A DNA stretch of 64,000 bases from a virus (lineage: Duplodnaviria > Caudoviricetes), in the IMG/VR virus record IMGVR_UViG_2648501152_000001, positions 1 to 64,000 of that record; one strand, written 5' to 3'. The position numbers and the translations under genes are program-made. Position 1 is the first letter of the stretch. Every line of letters starts with the position of its first letter. The notes beneath the pieces are model-generated. The model made no database searches and was not told where the DNA came from. It saw nothing but the letters and a program-made list of their open reading frames with translations. Positions 10,165 through 20,699 of the stretch are shown here, piece after piece.

Positions 10165-11463
10165 GTGGACTACACACAGTTCCTCGCCCGCAAAGCATCC
10201 ACGACCACTGAAGTTGGTCGCACCATTGAGCCCGACGATGTGCACGCATCGCTGCACCCGTGGCAGAAGGAACTCGTCCAGTGGGCGGTGCGCACCTCGC
10301 GTGCCGCGATATGGGCAGACACCGGCACCGGCAAGACGCGCATGCAGATCGAATGGGCACGACTGTCCGGCAACACTTCACTGATCGTCGCTCCACTCGC
10401 TGTGTGCCAGCAAACCGTGCGTGAAGCCGCCAAGATCGGGGTCACTGCACACTACGTGCGTAACGGCGACGAGATCACAGGTCCGGGCGTGTGGGTCACC
10501 AACTACGAAATGGTTCCGCACTTCGATGCCAGCATGATCGACGCGGTGGCGCTCGACGAATCATCCATCCTGAAACAGTCGGACGGCAAGACCCGCACCA
10601 TGCTCATCGAGCACTTCCGAGACGTTCCGCACCGACTCGCATGCTCCGCAACACCAGCACCTAACGACCCGGAAGAACTCACCAACCAAGCCGAGTTCCT
10701 GGGTCGCATGTCCCGCACGCACATGCTCGCCGCCTACTTCATCCATGACGCGGACGGCTGGCGACTCAAGGGCCATGCGCGGGCACCGATGATGAGGTGG
10801 ATGGCATCGTGGGCTGTCGCCCTCACCAAGCCGTCCGACGTGGGTGGCGATGACACCGGATACAATCTTCCGGGACTCGAGATTCACTCGCACCTGTTGC
10901 CGGTGGAGATCGATGCTGCCGACCAACTGTTCGCCACCGAGATCGGCGGAGTGTCGGGACGTAGCGCAGTGCGGAAGCAAACCTTAGATGCACGTGTCGC
11001 CAAGGCAGCCGAACTGGCGGCTGCCGAACCTGACGAGCCGTGGATCATGTGGTGCGGAATGAACGCCGAGGCGGATGCTCTCGCAAAGGCCATTCCGGGT
11101 GCTGTAAACGTGCATGGTTCACTGTCGCCGGATGAGAAGGCAGAATTACTGCTCGGGTTCGCTGACGGAGACTTCCGTGTGATGATCACGAAACCGTCCA
11201 TCGCATCGCAGGGATTGAACTATCAGCATTGCGCCCGCATGGCATTCGTCGGACTCGGGGACAGCTATGAGCAGTACTATCAGGCGATCCGCCGCTGTTA
11301 CCGGTATGGGCAGACCCGCGTGGTGGATGCGCACGTGATCCTGTCCGAACTCGAATCGCAGATCGCGGACAACGTGAAACGCAAGGAACGTCAAGCGTCA
11401 GCGATCACCGCAGACCTGATCAACGAAATGAAGCGCGCACGCAACGAAAGGACCGCAGCATGA
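10165..11463 (+). CDS. SF2 (SNF2-like) helicase
   Basis: ADTGTGKT, LDESS, SAT, QAIRRCYRYGQ. Confidence 0.9.
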   Translation: MDYTQFLARKASTTTEVGRTIEPDDVHASLHPWQKELVQWAVRTSRAAIWADTGTGKTRMQIEWARLSGNTSLIVAPLAVCQQTVREAAKIGVTAHYVRNGDEITGPGVWVTNYEMVPHFDASMIDAVALDESSILKQSDGKTRTMLIEHFRDVPHRLACSATPAPNDPEELTNQAEFLGRMSRTHMLAAYFIHDADGWRLKGHARAPMMRWMASWAVALTKPSDVGGDDTGYNLPGLEIHSHLLPVEIDAADQLFATEIGGVSGRSAVRKQTLDARVAKAAELAAAEPDEPWIMWCGMNAEADALAKAIPGAVNVHGSLSPDEKAELLLGFADGDFRVMITKPSIASQGLNYQHCARMAFVGLGDSYEQYYQAIRRCYRYGQTRVVDAHVILSELESQIADNVKRKERQASAITADLINEMKRARNERTAA

Positions 11464-11990
11464 TTGTTGAGTTCGATTGCGAGTGGTGCGGGAAGCATGT
11501 GCGGAAACGGCGTAGTCCAGCGAACATGAAGGGTAACTCCGGCAGATTCTGCTCGCAGCAATGCAATGGGGCATCCAAGAAGGGGGCAGGTGCCGGGCCT
11601 CGAGTGACACACGAGTTCAACTGCGCAGTATGTGGGAAGTACTGCCGTGTCTATAGGAGCCCTTCTGCGCAGAATCCAGTGACGTGCTCGGTTCGGTGCA
11701 CCGGGTTGAACCAACGTGGATCACTAAATCCGTCGTTTACTGGGGGGACGCACATTGGTGATAACGGGTACGTTCGCATTCTGCGACCTACGCACCCGGG
11801 CGCGGACTCCCGTGGCTACGTTTACGAGCATCGACTGGTTATGGAAGAGCATCTAGGTAGATACCTTCAACCCGGCGAAGTCGTGCACCACATCAACCGC
11901 AACAAGACGGACAATAGGATCGATAACCTAGGTCTGTTCGCGAGTCAATCCGAACACATGAAGCATCACTCATCGGAGGTATTGAAATGA
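11460..11990 (+). CDS. HNH endonuclease
   Basis: YVYEHRLVME...VVHHINRNKTDNRIDNL; N-terminal CxxC motifs. Confidence 0.9.
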   Translation: MIVEFDCEWCGKHVRKRRSPANMKGNSGRFCSQQCNGASKKGAGAGPRVTHEFNCAVCGKYCRVYRSPSAQNPVTCSVRCTGLNQRGSLNPSFTGGTHIGDNGYVRILRPTHPGADSRGYVYEHRLVMEEHLGRYLQPGEVVHHINRNKTDNRIDNLGLFASQSEHMKHHSSEVLK

Positions 11991-12940
11991 CAGAAACCGG
12001 CTACATCACTGACGAAGCGTACGGCCACAACTGGACGCTCATGTTGGGTGACTCGTGCGAGCGCATGTCTGAAATCCCAGATGATAGCGTCGACATGTCT
12101 GTCCAATCACCCCCGTTCGACAGCCTCTACACGTACTCGCCGTCCGTTCGGGACCTCGGCAACAGCGCCAGCCGTGTCGAGTTCATCGAGCACTACCGAT
12201 TCATCGTGGAACAGCAGCTCCGCATCACCAAACCGGGTCGTATCGCATGCATCCACGTCCAGCAGGTCGCCACCAAGAAGGCAGTGGACGGATACATCGG
12301 ACTCACCGACTTCCGTGGTGACGTGATCAGACTGTTTCAGTCGGTCGGATGGATCTTTTTCGGTGAGGTGACGGTGTGGAAGGACCCGCAGGCGCAGTCG
12401 ATCCGCACCAAGTCGCAGCAGTTGGCGTTCACGTCGAAGAACCGGGACTCCGCTCGCATCCGCCCGGCCATGGCTGACTATCTGCTGATCTTCAAGAAGC
12501 CCGGCGACAATGCGGTGAAGATTCCACACGAGGCGACTCGTGGCGAGGTGACGAATGATGATTGGATCGAGTGGGCGTCCCCGATCTGGTCGGATGCGCA
12601 CGCCGGCGGGTGGCTTGATGAGGATGGGAACATTTGCCCGGTGTGGTACGGCATCAAGGAAACGGACACGCTGAACGTTCGGGTGGCCCGCGAGGACGAC
12701 GACGAGCGCCATATTTGCCCGTTGCAGCTCGGGTTCATCGAGCGGTGTGTTCGTTTGTGGTCGAATCCGGGGGAGACGGTGTTCACGCCGTTCGCTGGGA
12801 TCGGCTCGGAGCTGTACCAGTCTGTGAAGTTGGGACGCAGGGCGATCGGTATCGAGTTGAAGCCGTCGTATTGGCGGACCGCGGTCGACAATTTGACCCG
12901 GCTCGAGGCTGAAATGTCGGAGCCGTCACTGTTCGACTAA
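11987..12940 (+). CDS. DNA methyltransferase (N4C/N6A, beta class)
   Basis: SPPF motif IV before FTPFAGIGS motif I; HICPLQ. Confidence 0.9.
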   Translation: MTETGYITDEAYGHNWTLMLGDSCERMSEIPDDSVDMSVQSPPFDSLYTYSPSVRDLGNSASRVEFIEHYRFIVEQQLRITKPGRIACIHVQQVATKKAVDGYIGLTDFRGDVIRLFQSVGWIFFGEVTVWKDPQAQSIRTKSQQLAFTSKNRDSARIRPAMADYLLIFKKPGDNAVKIPHEATRGEVTNDDWIEWASPIWSDAHAGGWLDEDGNICPVWYGIKETDTLNVRVAREDDDERHICPLQLGFIERCVRLWSNPGETVFTPFAGIGSELYQSVKLGRRAIGIELKPSYWRTAVDNLTRLEAEMSEPSLFD

Positions 12941-12972
12941 CCCCCGCATCGGGTGGCGCATGAGCGCAATGC

Positions 12973-13494
12973 TTGTGCGCCACCCGTTTACCGCATACAC
13001 GGATAGGAAACATCTTGGATCGGGAAGACTGGCAGGATTCGGCGAAGTGCAGTGGCGCCGACACCGACACATACCAATGGGACCACCTCGGACTAAACCC
13101 CCACAAACAAGCCCACGCCTTATGCGACGGATGCCCCGTCCGCAAAGAATGCGCCACCTACGCCCTACAACACCAAGTCACCGACTACGTGTACGCCGGC
13201 ATCGCCATTCCGCCAGCAGACCAGCCGCAAACCAAAGCCCGGCAAGCCCTCCAAGCCATCACACAGCCATCACCCAAGGCGACTACCCCGGTAGCGCCCG
13301 CATGGGACGGGCGACGCTGCCCCGAAGGCCACGCACTCACCGACGACAACACCTACTGGTCCACCGTCAAATCCGGGCACCGCGTCGGAACCTGCAAAAC
13401 CTGCAAACGCAACAAAGTACGGGCACGCCGCGCCAAACAACGCGCCGCCAACCAGGCCGCGAACGACGCCCGACTCCGGAAGGCCACCGCATGA
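12973..13494 (+). CDS. WhiB-family transcription factor with C-terminal Zn motif
   Basis: WQDSAKC...ALCDGCPVRKECATYAL; CPEGH..CKTC; true start uncertain. Confidence 0.8.
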   Translation: MCATRLPHTRIGNILDREDWQDSAKCSGADTDTYQWDHLGLNPHKQAHALCDGCPVRKECATYALQHQVTDYVYAGIAIPPADQPQTKARQALQAITQPSPKATTPVAPAWDGRRCPEGHALTDDNTYWSTVKSGHRVGTCKTCKRNKVRARRAKQRAANQAANDARLRKATA

Positions 13495-13620
13495 CCATCC
13501 CCATCGACGAAAACCTCCTCATCGCCCTCTACGTCACCGCACCCCAATACCTCCAACAACGCCTCGAACACTATTACGGCACCGACATCCTCGACGCGCT
13601 CCTCCGAAAGCAGGTGTGAA

Positions 13621-13851
13621 GTGGCTACCAGAAACAAGAACAGTAATCAGCCCGACGGGCTCGTGTCGTGGCACACCTGCACCACCTGCGGCAAACGCGC
13701 CTACCACAGCAAGGCGGATGCGAAACGCTCCCGCAAACACCACGCAGACCCACGACTGGCGATCTACCGGTGCGGCCAGTGGTACCACCTCGGGCACAAA
13801 GGGGAGTCGATCGTGCGCGGATACGAAACACGCGCCGAACGCTACCGCTAA
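13621..13851 (+). CDS. Hypothetical Zn-binding protein
   Basis: CTTCGKRAY...YRCGQWYHLGH. Confidence 0.6.
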   Translation: MATRNKNSNQPDGLVSWHTCTTCGKRAYHSKADAKRSRKHHADPRLAIYRCGQWYHLGHKGESIVRGYETRAERYR

Positions 13852-13893
13852 CCGATTACCACACACACGAACAGCAACCAGGAGGGCAGTGAG

Positions 13894-14478
13894 TTGGCAG
13901 TCTCCCGCCGGCTTCGCTTCGAGATCCTTAAGCGCGATCGACACACATGCCGGTACTGCGGCGCATCCGCACCAGACGTTGCGCTCCACGTAGACCACGT
14001 CACACCCGTAGCCCTGGGTGGCTCCGACGAACCAACAAACCTCGTCACCGCCTGCAAGGACTGCAACCTCGGGAAGTCCGCCACCTCGCCCGACGCCGCC
14101 ACTGTTCAAGGTGTCGCCAAGGACGCAATCCGATGGGCGCGCGCAATCCGGCTCGTAGCACAGGAACGCGAAGAGAGCCGCCAGCACTGGGAAGTAGCGA
14201 TCGACGCATTCCACTGCGAATGGGAAGCGCGAACCATCCCCGAAGGATGGCCTAACTCGAACATGCCGCTGCCGGACGGCTGGGAATCGTCGGTCATGAC
14301 GTTCTTCAACGCCGGACTCACGCTCGGTGACATCGAAACCGCCCTCGACAAAGCCAGCGCCAAGCGATGCATGGGAGGAAGCGATCGGTGGCGGTACTTC
14401 TGCGGAATCTGCTGGTCGATCATCAAGGAATCCCACAAGCGCGCCGCACAAATCCTCGAAACGGAAGGTGTTGCCTGA
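13894..14478 (+). CDS. HNH endonuclease
   Basis: LRFEILKRDRHTCRYCG...VDHVTPVALGGSDEPTNLVTACKDCN. Confidence 0.92.
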   Translation: MAVSRRLRFEILKRDRHTCRYCGASAPDVALHVDHVTPVALGGSDEPTNLVTACKDCNLGKSATSPDAATVQGVAKDAIRWARAIRLVAQEREESRQHWEVAIDAFHCEWEARTIPEGWPNSNMPLPDGWESSVMTFFNAGLTLGDIETALDKASAKRCMGGSDRWRYFCGICWSIIKESHKRAAQILETEGVA

Positions 14479-14479
14479 T

Positions 14480-15628
14480 ATGCCCCGCGATCATGGTCGA
14501 ATCCTCGTCACCATCTGGAGCGACCCCGAATTCGTTGCCCTCACACCCAACGCGCAACGCATCTACATGCTTCTCGTGTCGCAGCGCACCATGAACCACG
14601 CCGGCCTCATCCCGCTCCAGGTCAGCAAGTGGGCGCGGTGCAGCAAGCACACCACAGTGGCAGACGTGGAACACGGCATGCAGGAACTCGCCCTCGCACA
14701 CTTCGCGTACTTCGATGAGGACACGGAGGAGGCGTTGGTTCGGACGTTGATCCGCAACGATGGTGTGCTGAAACAGTTGAACATCTTCAAGAATGCGATG
14801 CGGTGTGCGCGTGCGATCGAGTCGCAGTATTTGCGGGATGCGATGGCGTTGGAGATCCGCAAGATTGATGCGCCGAAGGATCGCGACGAGTTCGACAAGG
14901 CGGTGGCGGAGTTGGATACGCCGGGTGTTGAGGAGCGCTTCGAGCAGGCGCATTTTAGGGTAACGGAACCCTTCCGGAACCCTTCGGGAGGACTTACGGA
15001 GGACTTCCCGAACCCTTCCGCTCGACCTGCGGATTCTTACCCTTCCGGAACCCCTCGGGAACCCCTCGCTTACCCTTCCCGAACCCTAGGGGGACGGGGT
15101 GGGGGAGGGGGAGAGTCTTACGTAAGTACTAACTCTAGTTTTAAAGAAACGTCCGAGATCGAATCCGACGAGCCCGCCGCCACCTCTTCCACGGCTTCTG
15201 TTCCAGCCGAGCTGGAACGCGACGATGTGACACGACTCTGCGAACACTTGAGGGACAGGATCGTGGAGAACGGCAGTCGCCGCCCGAACATTTCGAAGGG
15301 CTGGCGGGACGCCGCGAGACTCCTGCTCGATAAGGATGGGGTTTCGGAGGCTGAGGCGCACCGCCTGATCGATTGGTGCCAGTCGGATGGGTTTTGGCGG
15401 ACCAACATTTTGGCGATGCCGAAGTTTCGGGAGCAGTTCGACAAGCTCCGGTTGCAGGCGAACCGGCCGGCACAGTCGCAGCGGTTTGGTCGCCCGACGA
15501 TGACCGACAACGTGCAATCCCTGACCCGCGCCAGAAACCACCTCATTGCGTCCACGGCGGACCCTGTAGACAGTCAGCCCGCCCTCATGCTCGTAAGCCC
15601 GCAGAATCACGATGAGAGGCCCTTTTGA
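14480..15628 (+). CDS. Replication initiator protein
   Basis: MPRDHGRILVTIWSDPEF N-terminus; C-terminal IDWCQSDGFWRTNILAMPKFREQFDKL; internal iterons; upstream of primase-helicase. Confidence 0.8.
   Translation: MPRDHGRILVTIWSDPEFVALTPNAQRIYMLLVSQRTMNHAGLIPLQVSKWARCSKHTTVADVEHGMQELALAHFAYFDEDTEEALVRTLIRNDGVLKQLNIFKNAMRCARAIESQYLRDAMALEIRKIDAPKDRDEFDKAVAELDTPGVEERFEQAHFRVTEPFRNPSGGLTEDFPNPSARPADSYPSGTPREPLAYPSRTLGGRGGGGGESYVSTNSSFKETSEIESDEPAATSSTASVPAELERDDVTRLCEHLRDRIVENGSRRPNISKGWRDAARLLLDKDGVSEAEAHRLIDWCQSDGFWRTNILAMPKFREQFDKLRLQANRPAQSQRFGRPTMTDNVQSLTRARNHLIASTADPVDSQPALMLVSPQNHDERPF
14960..15150 (+). repeat. Iteron cluster / putative origin of replication
   Basis: Repeated (GA/T)ACCC(T/C)TC units followed by AT-rich TAAGTACTAACTCTAGTTTTAAAGAAA. 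Confidence 0.7.
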
Positions 15629-16113
15629 TGCCAACGAGTGCGGCGGTGGACATCGCCACCAAGGTTCTGATCAAAGCCCGCATGATCGACTACCGGATGC
15701 GGCTTGGTTCCACGGATGAAGAGAACGCGGCGCAGATCGTGGCGTGGGCGGAAGTGTTCGATGGTGAGCCTGTGTGGCCGCGGGAAGCGCTTGATGCGGT
15801 GGCGGCGCACTACAAGAAGTCGAATGCGTTCCAGATCATGCCGGGGGATGTGTTGGACTACTGCAAGCGGCAGCCCGTGACTTCCAGCCCGGAGCATGTG
15901 TCGTGGTTCCTGGACAGGTGGGCGCAACACCCGTGGTCCACAGCCATCGAGGAGTTGGTCGGGAAGCCCATCCCCGGCCTGGAACCGGACTCGAACGATG
16001 TGCGAGACAAGCCACGGTTGATTGAGCAGCGCCGGGCGTTCATCGACAAGCACCGCGGATATTTCATCGAACAGATCATGGCGAATGCTGACCGGAAGGC
16101 GATCGAACAGTGA
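15625..16113 (+). CDS. Hypothetical protein, possible helicase loader/inhibitor
   Basis: AW..V.....EALDAVAAHY.....IMPGDV motif; between initiator and helicase. Confidence 0.6.
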   Translation: MMPTSAAVDIATKVLIKARMIDYRMRLGSTDEENAAQIVAWAEVFDGEPVWPREALDAVAAHYKKSNAFQIMPGDVLDYCKRQPVTSSPEHVSWFLDRWAQHPWSTAIEELVGKPIPGLEPDSNDVRDKPRLIEQRRAFIDKHRGYFIEQIMANADRKAIEQ

Positions 16114-17765
16114 CCACCACCGCATACGAGCGAGTTATCGACGCTTTCCGCAACCAGGGTTTGATCGTTCAGGAGAAGACCGCAGGGGTTGCCGACTGCC
16201 AAGCCCCCGGGCACTCCACGCGCGATAGGTCAGTGCGTGTCACCGCCACCGAGGGTCGGGTGCTGATCCACTCGCATTCCGACCCCACCGAACAGGTGTT
16301 GGATGCGTTGAACCTCGCCAAGTCCGATCTGTTCGACGATCCGCGAGGTGTCGGCTATACGTACGACGACGGCCGCGTTGTGGGCAGAACACCAGATAAG
16401 CGGTTCTTCCAGAAGGGCAACACTGGCGGCAGTGCGCTGTACCGGGCATCGAAGCTCCCCACCGCGGTCGCGGATGGTGTGCCGATCCTCGTCGTAGAGG
16501 GCGAACAGGATGTGCACGCCCTCGAAGCCGTCGGTGCCGTCGCCACGTGCAATGCGATGGGCGCCGGCAAGGCGAAACAGTTCGATTACACGCCGCTGCG
16601 GGGCGGGACTGTGACGATCGTTGCGGACAAAGACGATGCGGGAGTGGCGCACGCCCGTGAAGTTGCTGCGATCCTGCTGGCCCTGGACTGCCAGGTGTCG
16701 ATAGTGAACGCGAAGGTCGGGAAAGATGCCGCCGACCACATCGCGGCAGGATTCCGGTTGGACGAGTGGATACCCCGCACCGATCTCGAAGCCGAAGCCA
16801 AGCTGGACGATCTGCTGGCACGGGTCGCATCGATGCGTGAAAACAACGACGCACAAACCGCCGCCGATTTCCTCGCATCCAAACTGGTTACCGTACACAC
16901 AACCAGTAGCCGGAACGATGGTCTCGGGCAGCTCACGCACGTCGATGAACTGTTGGACGACTGGTGGGCATGGATGGACACCGACGAGGCCGACATTCGT
17001 CGCATCCCAACCCCGTGGTGGCGGGTAAACGACGTGATCGCCGGGGGATTGCAGCCCAAACGTCTCTACCTTGCCGCCGCCAGGCCCGGGTTTGGCAAGA
17101 GCTTGCTGCTCACCAACGTCGCGCAGCACGCCGCCACGAGCGGGCACAAGGTGGCCCTGTACTCGCTGGAAATGGACAAGTCGGAGATCCTGGGGCGCAT
17201 CATGGCTGCCGGCGCTGATGCGTCCGCCTCGCAGATCACGCGCCGCGAAGTGGACGACTACAACCGCGACAAGCTCGCCACCTACACGGGCATCATTCAG
17301 GGCGCGAGCCTGTGGGTGTCGGACCAGGCCCCGCTGACGGTGGCGCAGATCCGATCACAGTGCATGGCGTTGAAGGAGCAGCACGGTTTGGACTTGATCT
17401 GTGTGGATTATGCACAGTTGCTCACCTCCACGGCGAAGGGAAGTGAGAATGAGCAGTTGACCCAGATTTCGAAGGCGCTGAAACAGTTGGCGATGGAACT
17501 GAATGTGGCGGTGTTGTCGGCTGCGCAGATCAACCGTGAAGCGGTGCGGGAGAACCGGAAGCCGCGTGCTGCGGATCTTCGTGGCTCGGGTTCGCTGGAG
17601 CAGGACTCGGATGTTGTGATCCTGATTCACCATGAGGAGCAGGATGGGATGCCGACTGGTATGGCTCAGATGATCTTCGACAAAAATAGAACCGGTTCTA
17701 AAACGACGGTTGAGGAAGCATGGCGACCCAACCACTCGAAGTTCGGCGAATGGACCGCCAACTAA
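16110..17765 (+). CDS. TOPRIM primase - DnaB helicase fusion
   Basis: VVEGEQD, ADKDDAG, KDAAD; AARPGFGKS, SLEM, VDYAQL, LRGSGSLEQDSD. Confidence 0.92.
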   Translation: MTTTAYERVIDAFRNQGLIVQEKTAGVADCQAPGHSTRDRSVRVTATEGRVLIHSHSDPTEQVLDALNLAKSDLFDDPRGVGYTYDDGRVVGRTPDKRFFQKGNTGGSALYRASKLPTAVADGVPILVVEGEQDVHALEAVGAVATCNAMGAGKAKQFDYTPLRGGTVTIVADKDDAGVAHAREVAAILLALDCQVSIVNAKVGKDAADHIAAGFRLDEWIPRTDLEAEAKLDDLLARVASMRENNDAQTAADFLASKLVTVHTTSSRNDGLGQLTHVDELLDDWWAWMDTDEADIRRIPTPWWRVNDVIAGGLQPKRLYLAAARPGFGKSLLLTNVAQHAATSGHKVALYSLEMDKSEILGRIMAAGADASASQITRREVDDYNRDKLATYTGIIQGASLWVSDQAPLTVAQIRSQCMALKEQHGLDLICVDYAQLLTSTAKGSENEQLTQISKALKQLAMELNVAVLSAAQINREAVRENRKPRAADLRGSGSLEQDSDVVILIHHEEQDGMPTGMAQMIFDKNRTGSKTTVEEAWRPNHSKFGEWTAN

Positions 17766-17910
17766 TGAAAACGATGTTCAACACTATCGACAATCGTTAT
17801 CATTCAGTGGTCCGCAAGCCATACGATCGTATTGGTTTACCAAACCCGTAGACATGATGCCGGCACACCTGTATGCTGTGCATGTTAACGGTAACCAGAG
17901 GAGAGCAAAC

Positions 17911-18240
17911 GTGACCACACTCCAAGCCCTCAACCCCATCGACTTCGGACCCGCACGCCACGGAGTGCACATCTTCGACCACGAAGACGACTGGGGATGG
18001 ACCGCATATGGCCACCACGAACCCAGCCGCATCGTCGCCGCAATCAACGCACTTTCCCGCGACAACGGCGTCACCGAAGAGCTGCACGAAGCGTTCGACG
18101 TGGCCGACCTTGTCAACGGCATCCAGCGGCGGTGGGCGAACAACATTCGCACGCACGACGACTACGACGGGTATGTCAGTTGGGATTGGTGCGACGAGTC
18201 CGATCCTGGTGCTGAGCCGATCACTTTCGTCTGCCCGTAG
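17911..18240 (+). CDS. Hypothetical protein
   Basis: GAGGAG RBS, GTG start. Confidence 0.6.
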   Translation: MTTLQALNPIDFGPARHGVHIFDHEDDWGWTAYGHHEPSRIVAAINALSRDNGVTEELHEAFDVADLVNGIQRRWANNIRTHDDYDGYVSWDWCDESDPGAEPITFVCP

Positions 18241-18272
18241 CCGCATCCACGTTTCACTATCTGGGAGTAATC

Positions 18273-18734
18273 ATGACTCAAATAAGCATCGTCGGGAACA
18301 TCACCAGCGATCCCGAAACCCGGTTTCTGCCCTCGGGCGTCGCGGTCTCGAACTTCACCGTCGCCGTGTCGCAACGGCAGTACGACAAAGACCGCAAGGA
18401 ATGGGTTGATGGTGACGCCATGTTCCTGCGGGTATCCGCCTTCCGCGATTTGGCCGAAAACATCGCCAACAGCGTGTCTCGTGGTCAGCGGGTGATCGTG
18501 TCGGGGAAGCTCAAGTCCCGCACCTACGAGAAGGATGGTGAGAAGCGGACGGTGTTTGAGGTGGAGGCGGATGAGGTGGGGCCGTCGCTGCGTTTCGCCA
18601 CCGCCCAGGTCACCAAGTCGAGCGGAAACGGCGTTGGTGGGGGGAAGGTGTCGGCGGGTGATCCGTGGTCGCAGGCACCGCAGTCGGGTGGATTCGGAGG
18701 CGGAGCAGCAGACCCGCATGCCGCACCTTTTTGA
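18273..18734 (+). CDS. ssb: Single-stranded DNA-binding protein
   Basis: VGNITSDPETRF...VFEVEADEVGPSLRFATA, C-terminal PF. Confidence 0.95.
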   Translation: MTQISIVGNITSDPETRFLPSGVAVSNFTVAVSQRQYDKDRKEWVDGDAMFLRVSAFRDLAENIANSVSRGQRVIVSGKLKSRTYEKDGEKRTVFEVEADEVGPSLRFATAQVTKSSGNGVGGGKVSAGDPWSQAPQSGGFGGGAADPHAAPF

Positions 18735-18794
18735 TCGCTGAGCTTCACCAGGGGCGCGGCTGGACAACGCGCACACAATCAACGTGGAGGAACA

Positions 18795-19232
18795 ATGAGC
18801 GCCAACCCTTACCCGCCTGAAATCCTCGATGAAGACGACGACAACGGCACCATGCCTGAGAACGTGGAAGCACTCGCCGAGGCCGTCATCGGGCATCGCA
18901 TCGTCGCCGTAGAGAAGAAGGAGACGTCGTCCCGACGCTACGGAATCGGCGACACCCAACTCATCCTGACGCTTGACAATGGCACTCGCGTGGAACTCGT
19001 CGACTCCAAAGATTGCTGCGCCTACACGGAACTGAAGGCGTTCCTGCTGCATCCCGACAAGGTTGACCACATCATCACCGGGGTTGGCACCACGGACGAG
19101 TATGAGACGTGGCATATCTTCGCGGATATGGGTGATGTGTTGGAGTTGAGTGTGGCGTGGTCGTCGGGTAATCCGTTCTATTACTCGTACGGTTTCCAGA
19201 TCAATGTGGTGCCTGTTGAGGATGCTGCCTGA
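18795..19232 (+). CDS. Hypothetical phage protein
   Basis: GGAGG RBS; DCCAY and GNPFYYSYGF motifs. Confidence 0.7.
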   Translation: MSANPYPPEILDEDDDNGTMPENVEALAEAVIGHRIVAVEKKETSSRRYGIGDTQLILTLDNGTRVELVDSKDCCAYTELKAFLLHPDKVDHIITGVGTTDEYETWHIFADMGDVLELSVAWSSGNPFYYSYGFQINVVPVEDAA

Positions 19233-19672
19233 TCGGTAGCGGTTGGTGTTGTGGGGTGTGGCGTTGCTGCACCCCACACGCATAGACAGGGGAAGTCATG
19301 TCGCGTACACGGAAAGACCGACGCGAAGCAAAGATGAGGCATTGGATGTCGGTTTACACGCCGTCGTGGTGGAACCGTGCGCAGCGTCAGCGTGAACGTA
19401 ATCGTGCTGCGCAGGATTTGCGGAATGGCCGTGAACCGCAGCCGAAGTATGGCGACGAGTATTGGTGGTGATGCTGTGTCTCGGGTGTTTTGGGTGCGGT
19501 GGTTGGGGCCTGTCCAACGCTGGTGGTGGCGGGAACAGGTTCTCGCCGGCGTGGTGCGGGACACGACCGGTGTGCCGCCGATGCAGCAGCGCAGGATTGT
19601 TGCTGGGGCGGCGGATAGGTTGGCGGCGATGACCGCGAACGTAGAACGAGCAAAGAGTGTGAGGAGCTACAA

Positions 19673-19903
19673 GTGAGATGGATTGATGGGAACCGATTTA
19701 GGCGTCTTGCACCATCCGTGAGAGCGCTCACTGTCACGATGGGGATTCTTTCCGCCGTTGGGATCGCTATGGCTGTGATCATTCTGGTTTTATGGATCGG
19801 AAAAGAGCTATTCGGGCACGAGCTGTTCGGCTTCATCGGATTGATCGTGACGATGATATTCACAGGACTCTACGCCGAATTCAGAAACGATAACGTCAGA
19901 TAA
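19673..19903 (+). CDS. Small membrane protein
   Basis: Two hydrophobic segments, GAGGAG RBS. Confidence 0.6.
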   Translation: MRWIDGNRFRRLAPSVRALTVTMGILSAVGIAMAVIILVLWIGKELFGHELFGFIGLIVTMIFTGLYAEFRNDNVR

Positions 19904-19918
19904 ACCTACTGAGGTGAA

Positions 19919-20533
19919 TTGATGAAACCGGGCGACCGTATCGCACAAATGATCGCCGACCCCGACCTAACCGGAGACACTCTCCTCTTCGCTATCTGCC
20001 TCCACGATCTTCTATGGCGCCGCAAAACAGATCCCGCCTACCGACTTCGAACCAACACGAACGGTGCGGCATTGCGCGAGATCACCAAAACAGCCACGGG
20101 TCGCGAAGATAAAAGATTGTGGTGGGTTCGGGACATTATCCGTGACGACGTCCCCAGGTACGACATCGATCCGCCGCACACGGTTCGATGCGGCGCGCCG
20201 ATGATTCGGCGGGCCAGCGTTTGCGGGAAAGCTACGTCAGCGACGTGGATGGATCGCGACCCAGTGACAGGGGAGAAGCGATGGGTTGGGTTTTGTAATC
20301 GGCATCGCAGTCACGATCGTGAGAGTGAGCGCCGGGAACGCCACGAACGGTGGCAAGCGAATGGGAAGCCGGAGCCTGCGCCGAACAGGGGTGGTGTGTT
20401 GCCTCGCTATTTCAAGACTGATTGGTCGGAGTGGTGGGGGTGGGCGGCGCCGGGTTTGACGCCGAGTTCTGGTGAGCGTGAGGCAGGTTTGCCTCGTCCG
20501 GTGTTCACGTTGATTCAGGGTGGCGCCGAGTGA
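19919..20533 (+). CDS. Hypothetical protein
   Basis: 204-aa ORF, GAGGTG RBS. Confidence 0.65.
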   Translation: MMKPGDRIAQMIADPDLTGDTLLFAICLHDLLWRRKTDPAYRLRTNTNGAALREITKTATGREDKRLWWVRDIIRDDVPRYDIDPPHTVRCGAPMIRRASVCGKATSATWMDRDPVTGEKRWVGFCNRHRSHDRESERRERHERWQANGKPEPAPNRGGVLPRYFKTDWSEWWGWAAPGLTPSSGEREAGLPRPVFTLIQGGAE

Positions 20534-20699
20534 GTGTGTTACAGATTCGAGCATGTGAGGAGCTTTCGGTGAGTGTTCATCGGGTGTGGCACAGTGTGGA
20601 AACGTTCGACCTGTACGAGTGTGTGTGCGGGCAACGCTTCCCTGCGGGTGAGGATTTGGATGCGCATGTGAGCCTCGACCGTGTAGAGCTGGTGGAACT

